The notes beneath the pieces are model-generated. The model was not told the DNA's origin, made no database searches, and saw nothing but the letters and a program-made list of their open reading frames with translations. A DNA stretch of 64,000 bases from Desulfobacterales bacterium. GTDB lineage: Bacteria > Desulfobacterota > Desulfobacteria > Desulfobacterales > UBA5852. Below are positions 1 through 10,237 of this stretch, piece after piece (position 1 is the stretch's first letter; every line of letters begins with the position of its first letter). Both the position numbers and the translations under genes were made by a program. The DNA lies in NCBI GenBank assembly GCA_963674755.2, contig CAXXVS010000002.1, positions 1,216,001 to 1,280,000 of the forward strand. The letters run 5' to 3'.

Positions 1-1077
1 CAGCGCCAATCCCGCCTGGATATCTTTCATTAGCTCATTGCGCAAGTCAATGCGATCGGTGAGCGCTCTCACGAGTTCGGTCTTTTTTAAACCGACCCGA
101 TCGGCCAGTTCCTGCAAATCAATCGACTTGCCGTTTGCCGCCATAGCGAACAACTGATCGTTCATCTCCCAGAACTTTCCCTGTTCGGCGGCGTATAGCG
201 CGAGTACGGCCAGCTTTCCAGCCCCCTCGTGGAAAGGTTCCTTCACCATAGGATTGACTTCGTGATCCATGGGGAAATGTCGATGAATAAGGCGGATCTT
301 GTCCGGGTAGCGGGCTATCAGCATACGCAAAAAGTAGTGCATCTTGCGACACTGAAAGCAAAGATAATCGGTGTATTCCGTAATCTCCAGTTCAGGGGAA
401 GCAGCGCCGATCCATGGATGGCCGTCCTCTGTGTATCCCGTCGATAGCGAAGTCTTCGGCAATTCCGCCGCGTAGTTCCAGTAGTCGGGATAGAAAATGA
501 CGCCGGCAACGGTTACGGCCGATACGACCAGAATGCCGATTCGCCATCCGGGCGCATGCCATAGGTGGAGAAAATCCCGCCGCATTCCTATCCACAAACC
601 GGGAAGGTCGAAGCGTCTTTTAATGATCCAGGTGCTGAACAAGAGCAGCAGATTGATCCCGTAGCTGACAATGCACATAATGCAGTAGCTGCGGATGAGG
701 TACGAGGAGATGAATGCCAGCACCAGGCTGTAAAGCGTAAAGATCAGAGCCAAGAAAAAGAGCGCGTTCCAACCCTGCATCCCGTCTTTGCGTTGACGCC
801 ATGCAAAAAAAGCTAGCGCGAAAAACAAAGCATAACCCAACACCCCCCAGACCGGTACGGGCACGCCCAAAAAAATTGAAAAGGAACTCTGGGAAACGGT
901 ATCGCAGTTAATGGCCTTGGAGATGGCGCAAAAACTGCTGTATCCAATATCCACGTAGTTGCGGTAATGGGAGACGGCGAGGTAAATCGAATCGGCAAGA
1001 CCCGCGATTGCTAAAAAGATGACAGGCCAGCAATAATAGCCAAATGGGAGCGGTGTAATGGCTTTTTGGGTTCGCAT
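1..1077 (-). CDS. VKOR-family membrane domain fused to a DsbA/thioredoxin domain (3' end off the window)
   Basis: Translated by hand; absent from the ORF track because there is no stop in the window. ATG 1077 gives MRTQKAITPLPF..., with VKOR cysteines FCAISKAINCDTVSQS and YCIMC, then DsbA motifs GHPWIG, EYTDYLCFQC and HRHFPMD. Open to base 1. Confidence 0.85.
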   Translation of the reverse strand, partial: MRTQKAITPLPFGYYCWPVIFLAIAGLADSIYLAVSHYRNYVDIGYSSFCAISKAINCDTVSQSSFSIFLGVPVPVWGVLGYALFFALAFFAWRQRKDGMQGWNALFFLALIFTLYSLVLAFISSYLIRSYCIMCIVSYGINLLLLFSTWIIKRRFDLPGLWIGMRRDFLHLWHAPGWRIGILVVSAVTVAGVIFYPDYWNYAAELPKTSLSTGYTEDGHPWIGAASPELEITEYTDYLCFQCRKMHYFLRMLIARYPDKIRLIHRHFPMDHEVNPMVKEPFHEGAGKLAVLALYAAEQGKFWEMNDQLFAMAANGKSIDLQELADRVGLKKTELVRALTDRIDLRNELMKDIQAGLAL

Positions 1078-1215
1078 AGAAAGGGGCTCTGCAATGAATC
1101 GTGAAGGGTTGGTACTGTTTCTTAGGTCCATTCGTTAAATTGGACTATGGAGTGTTTTTACATGAAGATATCCTGCATTTCAACCAGCGTGCTAAGGGCT
1201 ACCCGTTCATCCAAT

Positions 1216-1249
1216 AAGAGAGGGAGGGCGTTGCCGCCCTCCCTCTCTT
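1216..1249 (-). terminator. Intrinsic terminator-like hairpin downstream of pilA
   Basis: Perfect 15-bp stem AAGAGAGGGAGGGCG / CGCCCTCCCTCTCTT with a 4-nt loop, about 35 bp after the pilA stop. Confidence 0.75.
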
Positions 1250-1284
1250 TAGTGCTGGATCAGGTTCTGTAAACCAAACCCTTC

Positions 1285-1674
1285 TTACTGGACGTTGAGC
1301 GAAAAGTTGTTGGAGCCATCCCAGCCCTGTACGGCAGCCTGGTAAGCCGCCGGGCAGCGCTGGCTGCCATCGGTAACAACGACCTGCATGTTGTCGATGG
1401 TGCCGTTCCAGGCAATGGTGTTGGTGCCGGAAAGGTCCCAAGTTCCGCTCGGGGGAACCGGAGGATAAGCGACGTTGGTCGGAATCGCATAATAGTCCGC
1501 CGCAATGGCCACGGCCGAGTGGGCGTCATTTTCTGCGGCCGTGCAGAAGGCCTTGTTACGGTAGGAAATGAAGTTGGGGATAGCGATCGCGGCCAGGATA
1601 CCGATGATGGCGATGACGATCATGAGCTCGATCAGGGTGAAACCTTCTTTGTTGCTTCTCAGTTTCTGCAGCAT
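1285..1674 (-). CDS. pilA: Type IVa major pilin
   Basis: Prepilin cleavage motif [30 protein letters not shown] Shine-Dalgarno. Confidence 0.92.
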   Translation of the reverse strand: MLQKLRSNKEGFTLIELMIVIAIIGILAAIAIPNFISYRNKAFCTAAENDAHSAVAIAADYYAIPTNVAYPPVPPSGTWDLSGTNTIAWNGTIDNMQVVVTDGSQRCPAAYQAAVQGWDGSNNFSLNVQ

Positions 1675-1804
1675 GGTTAATTCCTCCTCTAAAGGTGTTA
1701 AAAAAACGTGGTGAAATTGGGTTGACGAATGTCAGCTGCCGCTGGATTAAGTGTGGCGCGTTTTGTTGCGCCGGGTACAACCTCATTCGTTGGGCTGTGT
1801 TAAA

Positions 1805-1819
1805 GCAATCCGTGTGCCA
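1805..1819 (-). promoter_or_regulatory. Sigma-54 (-24/-12) promoter of pilA
   Basis: Minus strand reads TGGCAC-ACGGA-TTGC, a perfect TGGCAC-N5-TTGC consensus, about 130 bp upstream of pilA and next to a sigma-54 activator gene. Confidence 0.85.
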
Positions 1820-1927
1820 CTTCATATCATCGCAACCCACATTTCTCTATCGGCTTGTATTTATTTCACAATCCATTCTCGGACGATCAAGCGCCCTTTT
1901 GAACACAGTCAAATACCAACGGTCTCT

Positions 1928-1963
1928 TGACGCAAATTGTCAGCGCCTTGACATTTTTTGTCA
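1928..1963. promoter_or_regulatory. Putative upstream activator (PilR) binding sites
   Basis: Two palindromes TGAC-N7-GTCA at 1928-1942 and 1949-1963, 21 bp apart and 110-145 bp upstream of the sigma-54 promoter. Confidence 0.55.
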
Positions 1964-2184
1964 TGGCGTGCCTTTTTATGCACACAAACCGCATTTTGAA
2001 ATACATATATTGTTTCTTTTTAGTAAGTTAAAGAATGTTAAAAATCATGGGATTCCGCGTGGTGGGAGGTAAATCTCTCTTCGGGAAAGCCAATAACAAC
2101 AGTTGGATGGTTGTGAATAAACCGCACTAAAATGGTCGGTAAATCAAGGGGGCTTCGAATGCCTCATAGGGCCGTCCAGCTATC

Positions 2185-3579
2185 TCATTTGTCATCCGCC
2201 ATTTTCCCCAACCGGTGGCGAAAAGAGCGGAAGGTAATGCCCAACAGTTCGGCCGCACGATTTTTGTTCCCGTCGGAGATCTCCAGCGCTTTCTGAAGAT
2301 AGGCATACTCGATTTCCCTAAGGATCACGTCCAGGGCCACGCCCTTTTGCACCTCGTCCAGATCGTAGCGCTTGCCCTCCACCCCTTCGATCCAGCGGCG
2401 TTTGTGCACCGAAAGGGCCAGGCTTTCCGGCAGGATGATATTGGTGCTGGTCAGGGCCACCGAGCGCTCCATGAGGTTTTCCAATTCCCGCACGTTGCCG
2501 GGGAAATCGTATTTATTGAGCAGGTCGACGGCATAGGATGAGATCTTTTTAATCTCCTTACCCATTTCATGGGAGTATTTGTCCAGGAAATGCTGGGCCA
2601 GGGCCTTCAGGTCGCCCTTGCGCTCCCGTAGAGGCGGCACCTTGATTTCGATGACATTCAGGCGGTAGAAGAGGTCTTCCCTGAAATTCCCCTCGATGAC
2701 CTCCTTGGCCAGGTTTTTATTAGTGGCCGAGATGATACGGCAATCCACCTCGATATCCTGGTTGCTCCCCACCGGTTTGACCGTCTTTTCCTGGACGGCC
2801 CGCAACAGCTTGACCTGCAGGGGCATGTTCAACTCACCGATTTCATCGAGAAAAACCGTTCCCTTGTGAGCGGCTTCAAAAAGGCCCTTCTTGTCCTGGG
2901 TGGCGCCGGTAAACGAGCCCTTGACATGCCCGAACAGCTCGCTTTCCATCAGGGTCTCCGGGATACCACCGCAGTTGATCGCCACAAAGGGGTTAGGCGC
3001 CCGCTCGCTCTCCTCGTGGATGGCCCGGGCGATCAGCTCCTTGCCGGTGCCGCTCTCACCGGTGACCAATACGTTGGTGCGGGTGGGCGCGACCTGGCGG
3101 ATCATCTTGAAAATGTGCATCATGGCCGGGCTGTTGCCCACGATCTTTTTGAAATGAATGGTCTTTTTCAGCTGGTCGTCAATGCTTTCCTTTTCCTGCT
3201 CCAATGTCTTCAACTCGAGGGCATTGGCGACAGTCGTCTTCAATTCGTCGTTGTCAAAGGGTTTGGGCACATAGTCGTAAGCCCCTTCGTTCATGGCCTC
3301 CACCGCGACTTCGGTGGTGACATAGGCGGAAATCATAATCACGACCGTATCCGGATTTTTGGCTTTGGAGACCCTCAAAACATCCAAGCCGGTGATATCG
3401 CCCAACCGAATGTCGCAGATCAACAAGTCAAACCGGGTCTCATCGAGAAGCTTTATGGCCCTTTTACCAGATTCGGCGCAGGTCACATCATAGCCTTGCT
3501 TGGTCAGAAGGTATTCGAGCATTTCCCGCATACTCTCTTCATCGTCCACAACTAGAATGTGATATGCTGCTTTCGCCAT
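2185..3579 (-). CDS. pilR: NtrC-family sigma-54-dependent response regulator (PilR-like)
   Basis: Receiver ILVVDDE; AAA+ motifs GESGTGKE, ESELFGHVKGSFTGA and FPGNVRELEN; Fis-type HTH. Directly upstream of pilA. ATG 3579 preferred over the ORF-track start 3612. Confidence 0.85.
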   Translation of the reverse strand: MAKAAYHILVVDDEESMREMLEYLLTKQGYDVTCAESGKRAIKLLDETRFDLLICDIRLGDITGLDVLRVSKAKNPDTVVIMISAYVTTEVAVEAMNEGAYDYVPKPFDNDELKTTVANALELKTLEQEKESIDDQLKKTIHFKKIVGNSPAMMHIFKMIRQVAPTRTNVLVTGESGTGKELIARAIHEESERAPNPFVAINCGGIPETLMESELFGHVKGSFTGATQDKKGLFEAAHKGTVFLDEIGELNMPLQVKLLRAVQEKTVKPVGSNQDIEVDCRIISATNKNLAKEVIEGNFREDLFYRLNVIEIKVPPLRERKGDLKALAQHFLDKYSHEMGKEIKKISSYAVDLLNKYDFPGNVRELENLMERSVALTSTNIILPESLALSVHKRRWIEGVEGKRYDLDEVQKGVALDVILREIEYAYLQKALEISDGNKNRAAELLGITFRSFRHRLGKMADDK

Positions 3580-3726
3580 AATAGGTTTGGTCCCCTGGCT
3601 AACGGGTTGCAAGATTGCTTGAGATTGTTGGCAGAATAGACCGATGTGCGATGCTTATAGGAGCCCCGGGTGAACCATTCTTCTCAAATTCTCATAATGA
3701 TTTATACCCTATGCCCCGACGACACG

Positions 3727-5013
3727 CTAAGCCTCGACAAGCTCATACACCACTCGTCCTGCGACGATCGTCATAACCGCCCGGCCTTTAACCTGCCAGC
3801 CGTCGAACGGGCAGTTCCTGCTCAGGGACTCGAACCGCTCGGCGTCAATGGTAAATTCCAGATCCGGTGAAACGAGGGTGACATCGGCTGTCAGGCCGGT
3901 ACGCAGCCCATGTTCCCGCCCGATGATACGGGCGGGACCGGTGGCCATCAATTCCACCAGCCGTTCCATGCTGATCACCCGATCATGGACCAGCTTCAGT
4001 GCCAGCGGGAGCGAGGTTTCCAGACCGATGATGCCGTTGGCCGCCTGATCGAACTCCACCAATTTTTCGATGCTGGAATGGGGGGCATGATCGCTGGCGA
4101 TAGCATCCAACGTGCCGTCGGCCAGCCCCTTCCGGATCGCCTCCCGGTCTTCCCGGGAGCGCAGCGGAGGGTACATCTTGGTGTTGCTGTCATAGTCGTT
4201 TACCGCATCGTCCGTCAGCGTGAAATAGTGCGGCGCGGTTTCCGCCGTCACACAAATCCCGCGGGCCCTGGCCTGCCGGATACATTCGACGGCTTCCGCC
4301 GTGCTGACATGGGCGATATGCACATGCCCGCCGGTAAGGGCGCCAAGGGCAATATCACGCATCACCATAACGGATTCGGCAGCATTGGGAATTCCGGCCA
4401 GCCCCAGTTGCGTGGCCATCCGGCCTTCGTTCATGGCGCCGCCTTCCGCCAAATCCGGATCCTCGCAATGGGACATCACCGGCATGCCGAAACCGCGGGC
4501 ATACTCCAAGGCGCGTCGCATCAGAAGGCTGTTGGCGACGGGGCGCCCGTCGTCGCTGAAGGCCACGGCACCGCATTGCTTCAATTCGGCAAACGCGGTA
4601 AGCCCCTCCCCCTTCAGACCCGGACTGACGGCGGCCACCGGATAGACACGCGCCGCTCCGGCTGTCTCCGCCTGGGAGAGAATGAACTCCGTCACCTGGG
4701 CGCAGTCATTCACCGGATTGGTGTTGGGCATACTGCAAACAGCGCTGAAGCCCCCCGCAGCGGCGGCGCGGCAGCCGGAAGCAATGGTTTCCTTATATTC
4801 ATGTCCGGGTTCTCGCAGGTGCACGTGGAGATCGATCAATCCCGGCGCGACCACCAGGCCGTGGGCATCGATGACGCGGCAGCCGTCAGGCGGGGCATCA
4901 CCGCCGCTGCCGAGGGTGAGCCCCGCGATCTTTCCGTCCTTGATATACAGGTCGCCCACACCGTCGCAGTGCCCGGGATCGATGACGCGTCCGCCTCGTA
5001 TTAGAATATCCAT
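3727..5013 (-). CDS. pyrC: Dihydroorotase
   Basis: PGLIDLHVHLREPG, MPNT, ASDHAPH and GIIGLET; follows pyrB. Confidence 0.95.
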   Translation of the reverse strand: MDILIRGGRVIDPGHCDGVGDLYIKDGKIAGLTLGSGGDAPPDGCRVIDAHGLVVAPGLIDLHVHLREPGHEYKETIASGCRAAAAGGFSAVCSMPNTNPVNDCAQVTEFILSQAETAGAARVYPVAAVSPGLKGEGLTAFAELKQCGAVAFSDDGRPVANSLLMRRALEYARGFGMPVMSHCEDPDLAEGGAMNEGRMATQLGLAGIPNAAESVMVMRDIALGALTGGHVHIAHVSTAEAVECIRQARARGICVTAETAPHYFTLTDDAVNDYDSNTKMYPPLRSREDREAIRKGLADGTLDAIASDHAPHSSIEKLVEFDQAANGIIGLETSLPLALKLVHDRVISMERLVELMATGPARIIGREHGLRTGLTADVTLVSPDLEFTIDAERFESLSRNCPFDGWQVKGRAVMTIVAGRVVYELVEA

Positions 5014-5014
5014 C

Positions 5015-5929
5015 TCATTTTCCCCCTAACACGAGGTACAGCAGCGCCATACGGACGGCAACCCCATTGGTCACCTGCTCCAGGATCACGGAGAAAGGAC
5101 CGTCCGCCACTTCCGGCGCGATTTCCACCCCTCTGTTGATGGGCCCCGGGTGCATGATCAGGACATCCGGTTTGGCCTTTTTCAGGCGGGTTAGGTTCAG
5201 CCCATAGACATTGGCGTATTCCCGTTCATTGGGCATGAGAAAGCGCCTCTGCCGCTCTTTCTGGATCCTAAGCATCATGATGACGTCGGCTTCGGGAATG
5301 GCGGCATCCAGGCTTGCGGCAACAGTGGCGCCCATCGTTTCAATCCCCATCGGCATCATGGTCGGCGGTCCGGCCAGGACCACCCTTGCCCCCATTTTCT
5401 GAAAACCGACGATATTGGAGCGGGCCACCCGGCTGTGGGCGATATCGCCGACGATAAGCAATGTCAGCCCGCTCAGACGTCCCTTCTTTTCCCTTACCGT
5501 CATCATGTCCAGCAGGGCCTGGGTGGGGTGGGCATGCATGCCGTCCCCGGCGTTGATCACCCGCGCCTGGCAATGTTTGGCCAGCAGGTGCGGTGCGCCG
5601 GCGGACGAGTGGCGGATGACGATAATATCCGGCTGCATGGCTTCGATGTTGTGAACGGTGTCCAGCAGGCTTTCGCCTTTCACCACGCTGCTGGTCGCTT
5701 TGGAAAACGACAGGCTGTCGGCACTCAGCCGTTTGGCGGCAATATCGAAGGACGATTTGGTGCGGGTGCTGGGCTCGTAGAAAAAATGCACGACCGTTTT
5801 GCCTCTCAGGGTGGGCACCTTTTTAATGGCCCGCCGGGAGATCTCCTTCATTCGCACCGATGTATCCAAGATCTGCTTGATATCGCTCGACGATAGAGAG
5901 GCCATATCGAGAATATGCTTGCTGTGCAT
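5015..5929 (-). CDS. pyrB: Aspartate carbamoyltransferase catalytic subunit
   Basis: FYEPSTRT, HPTQALLD, GDIAHSRVARS and MHPGPINRGVEI; ATG 5929 is the likely start. Confidence 0.96.
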   Translation of the reverse strand: MHSKHILDMASLSSSDIKQILDTSVRMKEISRRAIKKVPTLRGKTVVHFFYEPSTRTKSSFDIAAKRLSADSLSFSKATSSVVKGESLLDTVHNIEAMQPDIIVIRHSSAGAPHLLAKHCQARVINAGDGMHAHPTQALLDMMTVREKKGRLSGLTLLIVGDIAHSRVARSNIVGFQKMGARVVLAGPPTMMPMGIETMGATVAASLDAAIPEADVIMMLRIQKERQRRFLMPNEREYANVYGLNLTRLKKAKPDVLIMHPGPINRGVEIAPEVADGPFSVILEQVTNGVAVRMALLYLVLGGK

Positions 5930-6153
5930 GCCTCTAGTCCTTGTCTGCGGAGGAAATAAAGAGCAAAAGGATTTGATACCCTGCACATAAAACTGAAGGC
6001 CGACCGAAGGCTGCGGCCTTAGGTCCGTTGATAACAGACCGTTAGCGACCTTAAAGCCCGCAGCGCATCAATAGGGCCGTCACCCATTTGGTTTGTCAGA
6101 CGGCCGGTAATTCGGCTGAGCAATTCCGGGCCTATCCTGGAACGGCGTCGGCA

Positions 6154-6885
6154 TTAGTGCAGTATCTTCCCTATTCGATTCCAGCGAACGTTGAAATCGT
6201 CGCTGTCCCACGACCAATAAATCATAAAGGCTTTGCCCCGCAATTTGTCGTAAGTGACAAACCCCCAGAACCGGCTGTCGTTGCTGTTGTCGCGGTTGTC
6301 GCCCATGACGAACAGGCTGTTGGGCGGAACGGTAAGCGAGGCGAAGTTGTCACGGGGGGAATATGCCGCCGGGATCGTGTAAGGGTCCTTGTGGATGGCA
6401 TAGGGGTTGTCCTCGGGCTTGCCATTCACGAAGACTTGCTTGTTGTGCTCCTCGACAACATCACCGGGTATGCCCACCACGCGTTTGATATAATCCACTT
6501 TCGGGTCGCCCGGGAATTTAAAGACGACAATATCCCCCCGGTGAGGTTCTTTGACCGGAATCAGCGTCTGGTTGGTGAAGGGCATGCGAATGCCGTAGAT
6601 AAATTTATTGACCAGGATATGGTCCCCGATGAGCAGGGTATTCTCCATGGAACCGGATGGGATTTTAAAGGCTTGTACGATAAACGTACGGATGAAAAGG
6701 GCCAGCACGATCGCCAGCAGGATGGCTTCAACATTCTCCCTGATGCGGGATTTCTTTTTCGGTTCGACGTTGTTTTCATGAGATAGGGTTTTGGCTTTCA
6801 ATCGCTTGAAGATCCTTCCATTGAAGACGTCTGATGGTCTCTTATCCAGTGTCCGCCCAGAGGCATAAGATTTTGTTCCGGTCAA
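6154..6885 (-). CDS. lepB: Signal peptidase I
   Basis: IPSGSMENTL (catalytic Ser), YIKRVVG (catalytic Lys) and GDNRDNSNDSRFWG. The true start may be TTG 6801. Confidence 0.95.
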   Translation of the reverse strand: MTGTKSYASGRTLDKRPSDVFNGRIFKRLKAKTLSHENNVEPKKKSRIRENVEAILLAIVLALFIRTFIVQAFKIPSGSMENTLLIGDHILVNKFIYGIRMPFTNQTLIPVKEPHRGDIVVFKFPGDPKVDYIKRVVGIPGDVVEEHNKQVFVNGKPEDNPYAIHKDPYTIPAAYSPRDNFASLTVPPNSLFVMGDNRDNSNDSRFWGFVTYDKLRGKAFMIYWSWDSDDFNVRWNRIGKILH

Positions 6886-7086
6886 AAACGCCGCGAATCG
6901 TCCCGCGCGGCAGGACTTCCCGTCTGATCCGACCCCGCCGGGGCGGCACCCGACGGCGTAACCGCATGAGTAATGGCGTTGCGGTGCCGGCTATGGCGGG
7001 GATTTCCAAAAAGCGATAATACCGACCGGGGCCGAAAGACGCCATCGCAGGAATGGGCACTAGTTTATAAAATCAAGGGGGTCCCG

Positions 7087-7545
7087 TCATAATATCCAAC
7101 AGCCTGCGCGTATCACGAGGTTGGCCAGAATTCCGGCCGCCACATCGTCCATTACGATACCGATCCCCCCTTTGAGGTGCCGGTCCAGCCATCCCACGGG
7201 AAACGGCTTGAGAACATCCAACAGGCGAAACAGCATGAAGACGGCAGCAGCAATCGGGGCGGTGAAGGGCAGCCCTGCGCCGGCAATCAGAATCCCGGCG
7301 ATTTCATCGATGACGATACAGCCGGGATCTTGGACGCCCAAAATGTGTTCGGCTTTATGCGCCACCCACACCGCCAGGACACAAAAGGCCAGCAGAAACG
7401 TCACCAGCAGGCTGCCCGGCCACCCGGATACGCCCCACACGAGGACCAGACCCAGCAGCGAACCGAAAGTACCCGGCGCTCCGGGGAGCTTTCCGACCCC
7501 TAAGCCTGTAGCCAGCAAGACAATCCAGCGCTCGTGGAAAAGCAT
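7087..7545 (-). CDS. pgpA: Phosphatidylglycerophosphatase A
   Basis: APGTFGS, DPGCIVIDEIAG, FRLLDVLKPFP and MDDVAAG. Confidence 0.93.
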   Translation of the reverse strand: MLFHERWIVLLATGLGVGKLPGAPGTFGSLLGLVLVWGVSGWPGSLLVTFLLAFCVLAVWVAHKAEHILGVQDPGCIVIDEIAGILIAGAGLPFTAPIAAAVFMLFRLLDVLKPFPVGWLDRHLKGGIGIVMDDVAAGILANLVIRAGCWIL

Positions 7546-7576
7546 GGCCCGTCTCTATATCCAGCGATAGTATTTG

Positions 7577-8794
7577 TCAATGATCAGTTGCCGGGGGAAG
7601 CGCGGCGCCCGCTGCCCCTGAGGCTTCTCTGGCGATTTGTTCATAAACGCGACGTATGGACAGGCCCTGCGCACGGGCCACACGTCGGCAATCCTCGAAT
7701 TCGGGCACCCATCGTATTTCACCACCCGGCAAGGTGATTTTTTTAACGCTCACCCGCCCCATTGACAATACCATCTCAATTGTTTCCCGGGGCAGCGTCC
7801 AGCGCTGGACCGATGACACGCGCATGCCGATGGTGGTGGTTTCGTTGAACAGGACATCACGCAGAGTGGTAACCTGTGGTGCGCGGCATAACACCTGCAC
7901 CAGAGTGGCCGGCCGGTTCTTCTTCATGTAAACCGGGATCCAGTATACGTCCAACGCCCCGCCGGCAAAGAGTGCTTCCATCAAATAGCTGAAAATCTCC
8001 GGGTTCATGTCATCGATGGTGGTCTCGATCACCTGAACCGTATCGGTCAGACAATCATTCCCGGAACCAAGACGGTCTCCAAGCGGGCTCCCGATGACGA
8101 TGCGCAACAGATTGGGGTGTGAAGGAAATTCTTTGTGTCCGGCGCCGTACCCGATCGATGACACGGACATGGCTGGAAGCGGGCCGAAAGCGTTGCCCAG
8201 GGTCGTGATGATAGCGGCCCCGGTGGGCGTGACCAACTCTCCTTCGACTGCCATGCCGTAAATGGGGATGTCCTTCAGGATGGCCAAGGTCGCCGGTGCC
8301 GGCAGGGGAATCCTTCCGTGGCGGCAGTCCACAAACCCGTGTCCCTGGGGCAGTGCGGATGCCTCCACCCGGGTGATCCCGAGATAGTCGAGGCACAGGC
8401 AGCAGCCCACGATGTCGAGAATGGCATCCACAGCCCCCACCTCGTGGAAATGAACCGCCTCGATGTCACATCCGTGGATGCCGGCTTCGGCGGACGCCAA
8501 TCGATGAAAGATGGAGAGGGCCGATGCCTTGACGGAATCGGGCAGGCCACTCTTGTCGATCAGCTGGCGAATGTCGGCAAGGGAGCGGTGCGAACGGGTT
8601 TCCGGGGCCTGGATATCGCACAGCGTGGCGCGAATGCCGTGCCGTTCGACCGGCGTGGCCCTGATCGTGAAGGGCTCGATGGGCAATCGGGAGAGATCGT
8701 GCTGCAGCCGTTCGACCGGAATCCCTGAATCAATAAAAGCCCCCAGGGTCATATCCCCGCTGATCCCTGAAAAACAGTCAAAATAGGCCAGCAC
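7577..8794 (-). CDS. larC: Nickel pincer cofactor biosynthesis protein LarC
   Basis: YFDCFSGISGDM, VHFHEVGAVD, ELVTPTGAA, MKKNRP and PEFEDC. Confidence 0.92.
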   Translation of the reverse strand: MLAYFDCFSGISGDMTLGAFIDSGIPVERLQHDLSRLPIEPFTIRATPVERHGIRATLCDIQAPETRSHRSLADIRQLIDKSGLPDSVKASALSIFHRLASAEAGIHGCDIEAVHFHEVGAVDAILDIVGCCLCLDYLGITRVEASALPQGHGFVDCRHGRIPLPAPATLAILKDIPIYGMAVEGELVTPTGAAIITTLGNAFGPLPAMSVSSIGYGAGHKEFPSHPNLLRIVIGSPLGDRLGSGNDCLTDTVQVIETTIDDMNPEIFSYLMEALFAGGALDVYWIPVYMKKNRPATLVQVLCRAPQVTTLRDVLFNETTTIGMRVSSVQRWTLPRETIEMVLSMGRVSVKKITLPGGEIRWVPEFEDCRRVARAQGLSIRRVYEQIAREASGAAGAALPPATDH

Positions 8795-8826
8795 GCGGCA
8801 ACTCCTTCCATGTGGGAGCAGGTATT

Positions 8827-9981
8827 CTAAGGTTGATACTGTTCGGCATCTTCATGGTAGAGCGCCGTTAGTTCGAGCGCCATTTCACAGGCCCGCACCA
8901 TATCCGGCAGCTCGACGTACTCCCGCACCGAATGCACGTCCGTCATGCCGGTGCCTAACACGCCGGTAAAAATACCCTTTTGAAAATACACGTTGGCGTC
9001 CGAACCGCCGCCGGCCACCTGCAAGCTGATGGAACGGTTGAGGCGCTCGGCAGCTTTAAAGGCCATCCGCACGACAGCGTGGTCATCGGGTATGTGCGTC
9101 CGTTTGAAATCCTGATGGACATCCACCGTTACATAGGGCCGGTCATCATCGCCCCGGCCGGGATATTGAGCGGCCGCCTGTTGAAAGGCGTCGATCATCC
9201 GCTGGGTCACGGTTTCCAGTTTGTCCTCGTCATGGCTGCGCACTTCGCCGTCCACTTCCACTTGTTTGGGGACGATGTTGGTGGCATCCCCGCCGTGGAT
9301 GACGCCCAAGTTGCAGGTGGTCTCCGCGTCCACCCTCCCCAACTCAAGGGTCGCAATAGCTCTGGCCGCCACCCAAATGGCATTGATGCCTTTCTCCGGG
9401 GTCGACCCCGCGTGGGCATCCCGGCCCACCACGGTAAATTTGAGCCGGTTGGCCGAGGGCGCCCGGGTTACGAGCCCTCCCGGATCGCGGGTATCCAGCA
9501 CATAGCCATGACGGGCCGCGATCAGGGACCAGTCCAGATGTTTGGCCCCCAGCAGGCCGATCTCTTCACAGGTCGATAATACGAACTCCAACGGGGGGTA
9601 TGGCCGGCCGGATTCCTTGAGCACGCGCAACATTTCGATTAAGATGGCAATGGCGCTTTTGTCGTCGGCCCCGAGGATGGTCGTGCCGTCGCTGGTAATA
9701 CGGCCATCCTTCAAAACAGGCTTGATGCCGCGTCCGGGTTCGACCGTGTCCATGTGGGCACTGAACAGAAGCGGCGATGCCGTGCTGTGACCCTTAAAGC
9801 GGGCAATCAGGTTGCCGGTATCGCTGCCGGTTTGAGCGGCTGAGTTATCAAAGACGGTTTGGGCGCCCAAAGACGCCAACAGATCCTGCAAATAAAGCGC
9901 TAAGCGTCCTTCTTCACGCGAAACGCTGTCAATCCGCACGAGATCCATGAATGTTTCGGCCATGCGCTTTTCGTTTATCAC
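8827..9981 (-). CDS. M20 family metallopeptidase (peptidase T-like)
   Basis: SAHMDTV, LGADDK, CEEIGL, GGGSDAN and VHSVRE. Confidence 0.9.
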   Translation of the reverse strand: MINEKRMAETFMDLVRIDSVSREEGRLALYLQDLLASLGAQTVFDNSAAQTGSDTGNLIARFKGHSTASPLLFSAHMDTVEPGRGIKPVLKDGRITSDGTTILGADDKSAIAILIEMLRVLKESGRPYPPLEFVLSTCEEIGLLGAKHLDWSLIAARHGYVLDTRDPGGLVTRAPSANRLKFTVVGRDAHAGSTPEKGINAIWVAARAIATLELGRVDAETTCNLGVIHGGDATNIVPKQVEVDGEVRSHDEDKLETVTQRMIDAFQQAAAQYPGRGDDDRPYVTVDVHQDFKRTHIPDDHAVVRMAFKAAERLNRSISLQVAGGGSDANVYFQKGIFTGVLGTGMTDVHSVREYVELPDMVRACEMALELTALYHEDAEQYQP

Positions 9982-10004
9982 GGTGCAATTCGCTCCTTAA
10001 GGAA

Positions 10005-10034
10005 TTGACAAACTGGGCCGAGGCCCGATATAAC
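10005..10034 (+). promoter_or_regulatory. Sigma-70 promoter of selC
   Basis: TTGACA-N18-TATAAC ending 13 bp before the tRNA. Confidence 0.65.
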
Positions 10035-10047
10035 CCTCATCCATTGC

Positions 10048-10145
10048 GGAAGTGCGCAGCTACCTGGTGGGGCTCCCGGGCTTCAAACCCGGTGTGGGGC
10101 GTTAAAACCGTCCCGGGTGGGTTCGATTCCCATGCACTTCCGCCA
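10048..10145 (+). tRNA. selC: tRNA-Sec (anticodon TCA)
   Basis: 8-bp acceptor stem GGAAGTGC/GCACTTCC, anticodon arm CCGGG-CTTCAAA-CCCGG, long variable arm, T-loop GTTCGATTC and a GCCA end; 98 nt. Confidence 0.95.
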
Positions 10146-10190
10146 TCTATAACAATAATTACAATGCTTTACATATTGCTGTCAACCCAA

Positions 10191-10237
10191 AAACGGGGAC
10201 CAAACGGGGACCAAAACCCTTCTTGCGGTCCCCATTT
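10191..10237. repeat. Tandem plus inverted 11-bp repeats, putative integrase arm-type sites
   Basis: AAACGGGGACC at 10191-10201 and 10202-10212; inverted GGTCCCCATTT (one mismatch) at 10227-10237. Confidence 0.6.

Noticed and set aside
1695..2072. 125-aa ORF on the + strand
   Set aside because: It overlies the pilA promoter and enhancer region and has no motifs; likely spurious.
3910..5004. Long antisense ORFs (also 2866-3555, 18650-19735, 55767-56636)
   Set aside because: Shadow frames opposite well-supported GC-rich genes.
5987..6150. PyrR-type attenuator upstream of pyrB
   Set aside because: No PyrR binding-loop consensus or terminator with a U-tract recognised.
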